From contig CACCAS010000004.1 in assembly GCA_902544065.1 (NCBI GenBank), positions 64,219 to 128,218 on the forward strand: a stretch of 64,000 nt of DNA. The letters run 5' to 3'. A program made the translations under genes and the position numbers. Shown here piece after piece: positions 19,844 through 29,467 of this stretch. This stretch comes from an uncultured Pelagibacteraceae bacterium (lineage in GTDB: Bacteria; Pseudomonadota; Alphaproteobacteria; Pelagibacterales; AG-422-B15). The notes under the pieces were generated by a model. That model saw only the letters and a program-made list of their open reading frames with translations. It had not been told where the DNA came from and made no database searches. Position 1 is the stretch's first letter, and each line of letters opens with the position of its first letter.

Positions 19844-21049
19844 ATGCGAAAAGACTATGATTTAATAATATATGGCGCAACAGGATTTACTGGCCGTTTG
19901 GTGGTGGAGTATTTGGATAAACATTATTCTGATATCAATTGGGCAATCGCCGGCAGAAATGAAGAAAAACTAGATAAGATATCAAGTAGCACCGCCTATA
20001 AACCTAAATATTTCATTGCTGACAGTAAAGATATGGCAGGTTTAAATAAGATAGCCGCTCAAACAAATGTCATAGCTTCTTTGGCAGGCCCTTTTAATCG
20101 ATACAGTGATAAATTAGTAGGATGTTGTGTAAAAAATAATACCCATTATGTAGATATTACTGGTGAAAATATATGGGTTAGAGATTTAATAGATAAACAT
20201 CATGAAGAAGCAGAAAAAAAAGGAATTAAGATCATTCCTTCATGTGGCTATGATTCAATTCCATCAGATATGGGGTGTTTTTATTTACAAAGATCTCTTG
20301 ATGAAAACTTATTGTCTGTTGATGGTTATCATCGTGGAGGTGGTGGTGTAAGCGGTGGAACCATTGAAAGTGCTTTTACAATGAAAAATTATAAAACAAA
20401 CTACTCAATCGGACACCCTTTCCTATTAAATAGTAAAGATTTCATAGAAAAACAAAATAAAGAAGCTAGTAAAGACACATTTAAAATAAAGTACATAGAC
20501 AGTATTAAATCATGGTCCGCCCCTTTTGTTATGTCTATTGCTAATACAAGAGTTGTCAGAAGGAGTGTTGAATTACATGAGCTTAATCAGTCAGGTTATG
20601 GATCGGACTTTACTTATAAAGAGTTTATGAATGTTAAAAAGTATTCTTCTGCCCTAATGGTATCAATTGGACTGGCTGTACTTGGATTAATGATTATAAG
20701 TCCAATAAGTTCTTTGTTTAGAAAACTATTTACAAAGCCAGGTGATGGACCTGATAAAAAAACACGTGATAACGGATGGTTTGAAAGTATATTTATTGGC
20801 AAAAATACTAATAATGAATATTATAAGTTGAGAATTTATGGTGATGGCGATCCTGGCTACAAGACAACAGCAAAATTCATATCTGAGTGCGCATTATGCT
20901 TAGTTAAATCTGATGGATTTTTAGAAAATACAAATAAAGGTGGCGTATTAACTACTGCAACTGGGCTTGGAGACCATCTCATAAAGCGACTTAAAAACGC
21001 AGATATTCTCTTTGAAGGGCCTGATAAGATAGTAAATACAAGGACATAA
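19844..21049 (+). CDS. Saccharopine dehydrogenase-like NAD(P)-binding oxidoreductase
   Basis: N-terminal Rossmann GATGFTG, 401 aa, internal TM-like segment as in this family. Confidence 0.7.
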   Translation: MRKDYDLIIYGATGFTGRLVVEYLDKHYSDINWAIAGRNEEKLDKISSSTAYKPKYFIADSKDMAGLNKIAAQTNVIASLAGPFNRYSDKLVGCCVKNNTHYVDITGENIWVRDLIDKHHEEAEKKGIKIIPSCGYDSIPSDMGCFYLQRSLDENLLSVDGYHRGGGGVSGGTIESAFTMKNYKTNYSIGHPFLLNSKDFIEKQNKEASKDTFKIKYIDSIKSWSAPFVMSIANTRVVRRSVELHELNQSGYGSDFTYKEFMNVKKYSSALMVSIGLAVLGLMIISPISSLFRKLFTKPGDGPDKKTRDNGWFESIFIGKNTNNEYYKLRIYGDGDPGYKTTAKFISECALCLVKSDGFLENTNKGGVLTTATGLGDHLIKRLKNADILFEGPDKIVNTRT

Positions 21050-21162
21050 GTATCAACCCTAAATAGATGCTTATAATAGTATAAAATATACATAATTATA
21101 GTGCATAACATTTAGTTATATTCTAAGATTTTACAGAAATTTACACTGGAGTTTTTAAAAAT

Positions 21163-21444
21163 ATGGGTCAAGATGAAAATGGTATTTTTGTTATGAATAA
21201 AAACCAATCTTCACATGTAAGCAATGAAATTCAAACTGCTATTGTACAAAAGGTCAAAGAACTATCTAAATTAAGAAAAAGTATTGAACTTGATTTAAAA
21301 GCAATTGCTTCAATGACGAAAATTTCAACAAATCATTTAAAAAATATAGAATCTTTCAAATTTGAAAAATTACCTCCTAACCCAATGAGAAATTCATTTA
21401 TTGATCAATATTGTTCTGTAATTGAAAAAGCAAATAATAATTAA
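21163..21444 (+). CDS. Small helix-turn-helix protein resembling the RodZ N-terminal HTH only
   Basis: LKAIASMTKISTNHLKNIESFKFEKLPPNPMRNSFIDQY resembles the RodZ HTH_25 region; no TM or C-terminal domain. Confidence 0.4.
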   Translation: MGQDENGIFVMNKNQSSHVSNEIQTAIVQKVKELSKLRKSIELDLKAIASMTKISTNHLKNIESFKFEKLPPNPMRNSFIDQYCSVIEKANNN

Positions 21445-21451
21445 ATCTATC

Positions 21452-21907
21452 CTAAGGATAATCTCTTTTTAATAGCTTATTATATAAATAAGCAAATATA
21501 ACTAACATAAGCGCACCAATTGCTACTGGGAATAAAACAAACAATATTCCTTGCCCTGTTAAAATAACAATAATTGGATTAGCACCTGCTGGTGGATGTA
21601 TCGTGTTAGTAATAATCATTACAAATATTGCAAATCCTACAGATAGTCCAAGCGCTAGAAAATGATCTCCTATTACATATAATATTATAACACCTGATAA
21701 AGCAGATAATATATGTCCAAGTAAAATATTAGTTGGTTTTGCTAATGGACTCTCGTGCACAGCCATCACTAAAACCATAGAAGCACCAAATGGCGGAATC
21801 AGCCAAATACTGCCATCAAATAAATTTTCTAGAAATGCTAAAAGACTTATGAAAATTAATGCTCCAAGTGCACTCAATAATGCATTGATTATTTTGTTAT
21901 TATTCAT
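21452..21907 (-). CDS. HPP-family membrane protein
   Basis: Four TM segments and the eponymous HPPAGA motif. Confidence 0.75.
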   Translation of the reverse strand: MNNNKIINALLSALGALIFISLLAFLENLFDGSIWLIPPFGASMVLVMAVHESPLAKPTNILLGHILSALSGVIILYVIGDHFLALGLSVGFAIFVMIITNTIHPPAGANPIIVILTGQGILFVLFPVAIGALMLVIFAYLYNKLLKRDYP

Positions 21908-21909
21908 TA

Positions 21910-22320
21910 ATGATAACTATGATGATTAAGTTATACATTACAACATTTATATATTTTATTATTATTGATTTAATTGGCATTAGTTTATTTGTAAGAAAAG
22001 TTTATGAAAAAAACTTACCAAAAGATGTCAAATTAGATTTCAATTTGCCAGTTGCATTGATTTTTTATTTTATTTTTGTATTTGGTTTAGTTTATTTTGT
22101 CATAGCTCCAAATAAAGATAATGGTGTTTCATCAATTATAATGCCTTCTATTATTTATGGGCTCGTTACTTATGCAACTTACGCACTAACTGTAAAAGCT
22201 GTATTTAATACACTCAATACACAAATAATTGTGTTTGATATAATATGGGGAATGTTATTGTGCCTATCAATATCAATCCTCACTATTTATACTGTTTCTA
22301 AATTTGAGTTTCTGAATTAA
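21910..22320 (+). CDS. DUF2177-like membrane protein
   Basis: About 130 aa, 4 TM, YATYALT and DIIWG motifs; start may be one of the ATGs at 21910-21924. Confidence 0.55.
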   Translation: MITMMIKLYITTFIYFIIIDLIGISLFVRKVYEKNLPKDVKLDFNLPVALIFYFIFVFGLVYFVIAPNKDNGVSSIIMPSIIYGLVTYATYALTVKAVFNTLNTQIIVFDIIWGMLLCLSISILTIYTVSKFEFLN

Positions 22321-22361
22321 AGATTGTCATATATTTTAATTCTAATAAATTAAAAATTCGT

Positions 22362-22451
22362 GGAGAGGTGGCTGAGTGGTCGAAAGCATCAGTCTTGAAA
22401 ACTGACGAGGGAGCAATTCCTCCGTGGGTTCGAATCCCACCCTCTCCGCCA
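22362..22451 (+). tRNA. tRNA-Ser (anticodon UGA), CCA encoded
   Basis: Acceptor stem GGAGAGG/CCTCTCC, anticodon loop cTTGAaa, long variable arm, T-arm GGTTCGAATCC, discriminator G + CCA. Confidence 0.95.
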
Positions 22452-22486
22452 TATACTTCAAATAAATTTGATTTAGTAATATTTAT

Positions 22487-24187
22487 TTACCGCTGAACAG
22501 TCTGATAATTTGGGCTTTGCCACGTTTGCAACTCTATGCGCGTTAAGGGTTTAGAGCCTAATATTTCATCACTAATTTTCTCAGCAATCATTATTGTAGG
22601 CGCGTTTGTATTGCCATTAGGAGCAAAAGGCATAATAGAAGCGTCAACAACTCTAAGACTAGTGATACCGTGAACTTTGCCTGAATTATCTACTACTGCA
22701 TATTTGTCTGTTTTTAAACCCATACGCGCAGTGCAAGCTAAATGCCATTGGCTAGTCGTGTGCGAATTTAGTTTGGCATCAAGGTCAGCATCTGATTTAC
22801 AATTATCACCAGGAAAAATCTCTTCACCCTTTAAATCAGAAAATGATGGTTGGTCTAATAATTCGCGAACTAAATGAATTCCTTTACGCATTAACTCCCT
22901 ATCACGCTTATCTTTTAAATAATTAACTAAAATACGTGGTGGATCAGCAGGGTTATTTGAGCGCAATTCAATCTTACCTCGACTATGCGTTCGCATTAAA
23001 CCAACATGCACCTGAAACGCATGCTCATTTAATGGCTGCCATGAATTATCATCCATTGCAATTGGTGAAATACATAATTGTAGATCTGGATACTCAACTC
23101 CTGGCCCAGACCTAATACATGCAACTGAATCAAAGTGATTAGATGCGCACATCCCTTCTTTAGTTAAAAGCCATTGAATGCCAGCGCCTATGCTATTTAG
23201 TCTTTTTGTCTTTGGCCATAATGTAACCGGTTTTAAGCATTTATATTTTATCATAAAATCAGGATGATCCTGAAGGTTTTGCCCAACACCAGGCATGTCA
23301 GCTATAAGATTAACGCCCATTGATTTCAGATGATCCTTCGGACCAATTCCTGAAAGCATTAGTATATGTGGAGATCCAACCGCACCAGCACAAAGAATGA
23401 CTTCTTTTTTTGATTTTATATTAAATATTTTATTTTTATTATCTTTAAAGCAAACTCCTGTTGCCTTGTTATTCTCAAGAATTAATTTGCATACAAGTAC
23501 TTTTGTAATAATAGTTAGATTTTTTCTATCACGTACTGGGTCAAGATATCCGCGTGATGTACTCCATCTTTCTCCTTTGAATACAGTCCGATCAAAAATG
23601 CCAAAACCTTCCTGGCAATATCCACTAATGTCATCTGTTTCTTTGTATCCTGCTTCTTTTCCTGCTTTAATAAAGGCAATAGAAAGCGGATCTTTGGGTA
23701 CGCTTCTATGCACTCTTAAAGGTCCAGAGTCGCCTCTAAAATCATCTCCACCACCGCTATAGGACTCCATTTTTTTAAAATAAGGCAAAACATCAGCGTA
23801 ACCCCAGCCGTCACAACCCATTTGTCTCCAGCCTTCATAGTCCAATGAATTTCCCCGAATAAATACCATGCCATTTATTGATGAAGATCCACCAAGAGTT
23901 TTGCCGCGATCATGTTGAAGCTGTCTTCCTGCAAGCTCAGGTTCTGGTTCGCCTTTAAATGCCCAATTATGTTTTGTACTTTTAAGGTTTAATAAGACGG
24001 CACCGGGCATTTTCAATGTTATGGATTTATCTTCCCTGCCAGCCTCAAGAAGAAGAACACGGTTTTTTGGATTTTTTGACAATCTATTTGCTAATACACA
24101 CCCAGCTGAGCCAGCGCCAACTATGATATAATCATATTCAGTCTCTATATTTTTCATTGTAAATTCGTTTTTTTTAGTGTTCATCAA
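22487..24187 (-). CDS. betA: GMC-family FAD oxidoreductase (choline dehydrogenase-like)
   Basis: DYIIVGAGSAGC FAD motif, GMC signatures (GGSSSINGMVFIRG, active-site His region near the C-terminus); true start may be the MKNIETEYDY Met at 24157. Confidence 0.8.
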   Translation of the reverse strand: MMNTKKNEFTMKNIETEYDYIIVGAGSAGCVLANRLSKNPKNRVLLLEAGREDKSITLKMPGAVLLNLKSTKHNWAFKGEPEPELAGRQLQHDRGKTLGGSSSINGMVFIRGNSLDYEGWRQMGCDGWGYADVLPYFKKMESYSGGGDDFRGDSGPLRVHRSVPKDPLSIAFIKAGKEAGYKETDDISGYCQEGFGIFDRTVFKGERWSTSRGYLDPVRDRKNLTIITKVLVCKLILENNKATGVCFKDNKNKIFNIKSKKEVILCAGAVGSPHILMLSGIGPKDHLKSMGVNLIADMPGVGQNLQDHPDFMIKYKCLKPVTLWPKTKRLNSIGAGIQWLLTKEGMCASNHFDSVACIRSGPGVEYPDLQLCISPIAMDDNSWQPLNEHAFQVHVGLMRTHSRGKIELRSNNPADPPRILVNYLKDKRDRELMRKGIHLVRELLDQPSFSDLKGEEIFPGDNCKSDADLDAKLNSHTTSQWHLACTARMGLKTDKYAVVDNSGKVHGITSLRVVDASIMPFAPNGNTNAPTIMIAEKISDEILGSKPLTRIELQTWQSPNYQTVQR

Positions 24188-24238
24188 TGCTTTTTAACTA
24201 GTGCATAGTAAGCTATTATTCAAATAAAAATCTACTAA

Positions 24239-25183
24239 ATGAAGGAAAATAATTTTCTTGCAATAACATATATCATGCTTGGCATGACAGCATTCGCATT
24301 GCAGGATACTGTCATAAGATTGCTTGCTGTTGATATTTCAATTCTACAGGTAATGTTTGCTCGCAGTGTTGTTGCATTAATTCTCTTAACTCTCTTTTTA
24401 AAAATTACTAAAAAAGACATTATATTTAAAACCGAGTTTCCTAAATTATCAATCTTTAGAACAGTAATGTTTATTTTAGCTTTTGTTTTCTATTATATAG
24501 GTCTTCATTATTTAACTTTTGCTGAAGCTACGGCACTATTTTTTACAGCGCCATTTTTCATTACGATATTTTCAGGAATATTTTTGAGAGAAAAGATTGG
24601 ATTAATAAGGTGGGCAATCATTGTTTATGGTTTTATTGGCGTATTGTTCATTGTCTCACCCAACATTAACTCATTCAATATATACATGATCTACCCTATT
24701 CTTTGCGCTGCTGGTTATTCTGCAAACATGATAATTATTAAATACACATCTGAAAAAGATAATGTTTATACTCAAACATTACATGTTTATATCGCCACGA
24801 TAATTATTTGCCCTATAATTACATTTTCAGGAATATTTTTAGACTTTGGTAATTCGAATAGTGAAGTTTTGAATTTTCTTTTTAGAGATTGGTTTTTTAA
24901 CGATCCAAAGTCCTTATTCATGATATTTGTTGTAGGAGTGTCTGTAATATTTGGATTTATTTTCCTCTTTAATGCATATAGGCATGGAAGGCCTTACATT
25001 ATAGCACCGTTTGAATATATATTTTTGATATGGGCTGTTATATTGGGTTGGTTTATATGGAGTGAAACGGTAGACCTTAAAACTTGGACTGGTATTGCAA
25101 TAATTGTTTCTGCTGGAATATTTATTTTATATAGAGAAAAAGTAAAAGATCAAAATATTACTACTGATCAACCAATCAGATAA
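24239..25183 (+). CDS. EamA/DMT-family transporter
   Basis: 10 TM, two EamA-like halves, 314 aa. Confidence 0.8.
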   Translation: MKENNFLAITYIMLGMTAFALQDTVIRLLAVDISILQVMFARSVVALILLTLFLKITKKDIIFKTEFPKLSIFRTVMFILAFVFYYIGLHYLTFAEATALFFTAPFFITIFSGIFLREKIGLIRWAIIVYGFIGVLFIVSPNINSFNIYMIYPILCAAGYSANMIIIKYTSEKDNVYTQTLHVYIATIIICPIITFSGIFLDFGNSNSEVLNFLFRDWFFNDPKSLFMIFVVGVSVIFGFIFLFNAYRHGRPYIIAPFEYIFLIWAVILGWFIWSETVDLKTWTGIAIIVSAGIFILYREKVKDQNITTDQPIR

Positions 25184-25669
25184 TTAATCTCTAAAATTTA
25201 CAAATTGTAATGGCAGCTCTAGTTTCAATTCATTAATCTTAGACATCACATCTTGTAAATTATCTTTTTTAGCACCGCTAATTCTCAACTCATTGCCTTG
25301 AATTTTTGCTTGGACCTTTAATTTTGTATCTTTAATCATTTTGGTAATCTTCTTTCCCATTTCTTGATCAATCCCTTCTAGTAAATCGTACTTCTGTCTA
25401 ATGGTATTACCAGAAGCGTTTTCCGAAGATTTAAATTTTACTGCTTTTGGGTCAATTTTTCTTTTTATTAAGTGCGATGTAAGTATTTCTATTACTTGTT
25501 TTGCCTTCATATCATCTTCTGTTAAGAGAGTTACGATATTGTCTGAACGCTCTAATTTTGATATGGATCCTTTAAAATCATATCTTTGAGTTATTTCTTT
25601 CATTGCATTAGATACTGCATTATCAATTTCTTGCATTTCTAAGCGACTAACGACATCAAAACTTGGCAT
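25184..25669 (-). CDS. yajQ: YajQ-family nucleotide-binding protein (UPF0234)
   Basis: MPSFDVVS start, 161 aa, typical YajQ pattern. Confidence 0.9.
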   Translation of the reverse strand: MPSFDVVSRLEMQEIDNAVSNAMKEITQRYDFKGSISKLERSDNIVTLLTEDDMKAKQVIEILTSHLIKRKIDPKAVKFKSSENASGNTIRQKYDLLEGIDQEMGKKITKMIKDTKLKVQAKIQGNELRISGAKKDNLQDVMSKINELKLELPLQFVNFRD

Positions 25670-25671
25670 GA

Positions 25672-26802
25672 TTATATAACCTCATTGTCATAAAATTTTT
25701 TTATTTCTTCATCACTGTAGCCAATTTCTCTCATAATATCATTATTATCTTGACCAATTTCAGGTGCCTTTTTAATTTCAGCTTTATTATCAGAGCTAAA
25801 TCTAGGTGCAGGTGCTGGTTGAATTACTCCATCCACATCAATAAAGTTGTTTCTATCAATCATATGAGGATGGTCTTTAGCTTCATTTATTGATAATACA
25901 GGTGCGTAACATACATCAGAACCCTCAAACAATTCATTCCATTCACTTATATTTTTAGTTTTAAATATAGTTTCTAATTTTTCTTTTAACTTCGGCCACT
26001 CGTTCATGTCCAATTGATTACTAAATTCACTCTGAAGCTCTAATTTTTCAATTAGCAGCTGATAAAATTGAGGCTCAAGTGAGCCTAGAGATATAAATTT
26101 ATGATCTTTTGTTTCATAGACTTGATAAAATGGAGCTCCCCCATCAAGCAAATTCATTCCTCTCTTATTAACGTCCCAAAGACCTGATTGTGATAAGCTA
26201 TAAAAAATTGACGTGAGAGTTGAAACACCGTCTATCATAGCCGCATCAACTACCTGCCCTTTGCCAGTTTTTGAAGCTGATAATAATGCAGCACAAACTC
26301 CAAAAGCTAAAAACATAGTGCCTCCTCCATAATCACCAATAAGATTTAAAGGCACTGTTGGTTTCTCAATAATTCCAATTGAATGTAGCGCGCCAGCCAG
26401 TGCAATGTAATTAATATCATGACCAGCAGCTTTGGATAGCGGACCCGTTTGCCCCCAGCCAGTAATCCTGCCGTATACCAATTTAGAATTTATTTTCATA
26501 CAGTCGCTAGGTCCTATACCTAGTTTTTCAGTAACGCCTGGCCTAAAACCTTCTATTAATGCATCAGCGCTTTTAATAAGGCTATTAAATATATCGAGAG
26601 ATTCTTTATTTTTAAGATTCAAACTAAAAGATTTTTTATTTCTTCCTGTAATATCATATTTTGGCTTTGTATGAGGTAATGCTGTTTTTTTTCGATCAAT
26701 TCTTATAACCTCAGCGCCTAGATCTGCAAATAACATTCCACATAATGGACCTGGGCCAATTCCAGATAATTCAATTATTCTATATCCACTGAGTACACCC
26801 AT
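25672..26802 (-). CDS. Family III CoA-transferase (CaiB/BaiF; alpha-methylacyl-CoA racemase-like)
   Basis: N-terminal L(S)GYRIIELSGIGPGP...LADLGAEVI motif, catalytic Asp region GHDINY. Confidence 0.85.
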   Translation of the reverse strand: MGVLSGYRIIELSGIGPGPLCGMLFADLGAEVIRIDRKKTALPHTKPKYDITGRNKKSFSLNLKNKESLDIFNSLIKSADALIEGFRPGVTEKLGIGPSDCMKINSKLVYGRITGWGQTGPLSKAAGHDINYIALAGALHSIGIIEKPTVPLNLIGDYGGGTMFLAFGVCAALLSASKTGKGQVVDAAMIDGVSTLTSIFYSLSQSGLWDVNKRGMNLLDGGAPFYQVYETKDHKFISLGSLEPQFYQLLIEKLELQSEFSNQLDMNEWPKLKEKLETIFKTKNISEWNELFEGSDVCYAPVLSINEAKDHPHMIDRNNFIDVDGVIQPAPAPRFSSDNKAEIKKAPEIGQDNNDIMREIGYSDEEIKKFYDNEVI

Positions 26803-26810
26803 ACCGTTGA

Positions 26811-29180
26811 TTATAGCGAGGCCAATTCTTTTGCAAAGCTAAAACCTTTATATATTCTCTGTTTATCGGAGATTTTATTAAAATTATAAACAAGTGTTTG
26901 GTCAGTTCTTAATTTAATATCAAATTTGTTAAGATTTATAAAATCAATCAATTTGTCGCTCTTATCAAATTTATTATTTCTAAATTTAATGGTTAGACCT
27001 TTCTTCCCAAGATCAAATTTTTCTATACTTAATTGTTTACACAAAATTCTTAATTCAGTGATTTTGAATAAGTGATTAACTTCATTAGGCATTAATCCAA
27101 ATCTTTCTTCCATTTCTTTCTTAACTTCAGTCAGTTCACTATTAGTATTTAAATATGCTAATTTTCTATAAAAGAATAATCGTGTATTTAAGTTTGGTAT
27201 GTATTTTTCAGGAATTAAAACACTTAAACCTAAATTGAGCTGTGGAGACCAGTCATTATCAATTGAATCGCTATCATTTTTCAGTTCAATTATTTTGTCT
27301 TTTAAAAGACGATGATATAACTCTAATCCAATTTCTTTTATATGACCTGATTGTGCGTCACCAATTATGTTACCAGAACCTCTCATATCAAGATCATGAC
27401 TTGCTAAATTAAAGCTTGACCCCCTGCTATTGAATTTTTTTAGTAAAGAAAGTCTTTTAAATGAATTTTCAGTAATACCGTTAATATCTTTCACGGTATA
27501 ATAGCAGAAAGCCTCAATATTTGACCGTCCAATCCTCCCTCTTAATTGATAAAGTTGTGATAATCCAAACTTATCTGCATTATGAATAATCATAGTATTA
27601 GTTTTTTGCAAATCTAAACCTGACTCAACAATCGTTGTGCATAACAATAATTGAAATTCATTATTGTAAAAATCAATCATGGTATTCTTAAGTTTTTTGG
27701 GCGGCATTTGTCCATGAGCAATCTTATATTTTAACTCAGGCATTGTCTTTTTTAGAAAATCATCAACTTCTTTCAGTTCTTTAATTCGAGGACATACGTA
27801 ATAAATTTGTCCATTTCTATTTAGTTCTTTTTGAATGGCATCTTTAAGATCTTGTTCATTAAAATTTATTACTTCTGTCGCTATTGATTGCCTATTTAAA
27901 GGCGCAGTAGAGATAATGGATAAATCTCTTAATCCCACCAAAGACATTTGAAGAGTTCTTGGAATTGGTGTTGCGGTAAGGGATAATACGTGAATATCTG
28001 ACCGCAAATTCTTAATTTTTTCTTTTTGAGAGACACCAAAATGTTGCTCTTCATCAATAATCAGCATGCCCAAATTTTTAAATTTAATTTTATTACCTAG
28101 TAGTGCATGTGTGCCAACAACTATATCAAGCTCGCCATTATTTATTTTTTCTAAAGTTGAACTAGTTTCTGAGGCTGAAACTAATCTTGATAACTGACCT
28201 ATTTTAATTGGAAAATTTTTAAATCTTTTAATAAAGTTTTCGTAATGTTGCTGACACAGGAGTGTCGTTGGAACAATGATTGCTACTTGAGCGCCATTTA
28301 GTGCTACATTGAATGCACCTCTAAGTGCAACCTCTGTTTTGCCAAAACCCACATCGCCACATATCAATCGGTCCATAGGAGCACCATGACTTAGATCTGC
28401 TAAAATATCTGAAGTAGCATTAACTTGATCTTCTGTATCTTGGAACTCAAATTCATTTATAAAATTAGAATAGTAAGGTTCTTGTATCCTGTATTTTTTT
28501 CCTTTTTTTAATGATCTTTTAGCTGCAATGGCTATTAATTCCTCAGCTATTTCCTTAATTTTGTTTTTTGCACTAGCCTTTCTAAATTGCCAATGTGAAT
28601 TGCCTAACTTATCAACTTGTACATACTCATTGTTGCCACCGTATTTACTCAATAATTCTATATTTTCGACAGGAACATAAAGTTTATCATCATTAAAATA
28701 ATTTAACTCAATACAATCATGACTATTCCCAAGAACTTCTAATTTCTTTAAGCCTCGAAATTTACCAATTCCATGGTTAGCGTGTACTATTAAGTCATTG
28801 TCCTCAAAACTACTTAGGTCTGATAAAAAAGTGTCGGCTTTAATTGATCTCTTTCCTTGATTAAAAGCAAATTCATTAAATGGCCGAATAACTGCTCTGC
28901 TAATTTTTTGTATAGTTTTTTGAGTCTTTAAATCAAATTCTTCAAACTTATCTATGTCGTTTCCAAATAAATTTATTCTTATTGGTTTTGCAAATTCTGA
29001 TGGAAAGATATCAATAACATCTCCTTTAACAGAAAATTCGCCAGGTTCACGTATTGAACTTACCCTGACATATCCATTGGTTGATAAATAATTGAGTGTT
29101 AATTCGTAATCGAATTTATTATCTAAATTAATATTTAAGTTTGACAGTTTAGATGGTGTAACTAGTGCTTCTGGTGGCAT
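26811..29180 (-). CDS. mfd: Transcription-repair coupling factor Mfd, unusually short (789 aa)
   Basis: D2-like EPGEFSVKGDVIDIFP, RNAP-interaction region LIVHANHGIGKF...KLYVP, SF2 motifs GDVGFGKTEVA, DEEQHFG, TATPIPRT, QLRGRIGR, TRG motif and C-terminal D7-like region. Confidence 0.9.
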   Translation of the reverse strand: MPPEALVTPSKLSNLNINLDNKFDYELTLNYLSTNGYVRVSSIREPGEFSVKGDVIDIFPSEFAKPIRINLFGNDIDKFEEFDLKTQKTIQKISRAVIRPFNEFAFNQGKRSIKADTFLSDLSSFEDNDLIVHANHGIGKFRGLKKLEVLGNSHDCIELNYFNDDKLYVPVENIELLSKYGGNNEYVQVDKLGNSHWQFRKASAKNKIKEIAEELIAIAAKRSLKKGKKYRIQEPYYSNFINEFEFQDTEDQVNATSDILADLSHGAPMDRLICGDVGFGKTEVALRGAFNVALNGAQVAIIVPTTLLCQQHYENFIKRFKNFPIKIGQLSRLVSASETSSTLEKINNGELDIVVGTHALLGNKIKFKNLGMLIIDEEQHFGVSQKEKIKNLRSDIHVLSLTATPIPRTLQMSLVGLRDLSIISTAPLNRQSIATEVINFNEQDLKDAIQKELNRNGQIYYVCPRIKELKEVDDFLKKTMPELKYKIAHGQMPPKKLKNTMIDFYNNEFQLLLCTTIVESGLDLQKTNTMIIHNADKFGLSQLYQLRGRIGRSNIEAFCYYTVKDINGITENSFKRLSLLKKFNSRGSSFNLASHDLDMRGSGNIIGDAQSGHIKEIGLELYHRLLKDKIIELKNDSDSIDNDWSPQLNLGLSVLIPEKYIPNLNTRLFFYRKLAYLNTNSELTEVKKEMEERFGLMPNEVNHLFKITELRILCKQLSIEKFDLGKKGLTIKFRNNKFDKSDKLIDFINLNKFDIKLRTDQTLVYNFNKISDKQRIYKGFSFAKELASL

Positions 29181-29437
29181 TACAGTAAAGTATAATCCTT
29201 AAGAAGAGTGAATACTCTATTATTTAAAGACTCTGGAATTTCTTTTTTATTTAATGCATATTGATAAATATCGTTATCATCCATTTCAAGTATTGCTTCA
29301 AGCATTACAAGCTCATCTTCATTAAATAAAGATAGGTACTTATGTGCAAATTTTCCCAAAATAAGATCCATTTCCTTGGATCCACGATGAGTGGACTTGT
29401 ACAATAGTTTTTTTTTAAATGTTGATAAATCTTCCAT
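29180..29437 (-). CDS. sdhE: FAD assembly factor SdhE (DUF339)
   Basis: RGSKEMDLILGKF (RGxxE) motif, 85 aa, conserved position between mfd and recG. Confidence 0.8.
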   Translation of the reverse strand: MEDLSTFKKKLLYKSTHRGSKEMDLILGKFAHKYLSLFNEDELVMLEAILEMDDNDIYQYALNKKEIPESLNNRVFTLLKDYTLL

Positions 29438-29467
29438 ATTTTTTAATTTATTTGATACATTAGATAT

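Noticed and set aside
22362-22486. tRNA-Ser as an integration site / island boundary
   Set aside because: No integrase was seen, and no direct repeat of the tRNA 3' end was noticed downstream. The flanking genes look like ordinary metabolism. A rigorous repeat search was not possible by eye, so this is unproven rather than excluded.
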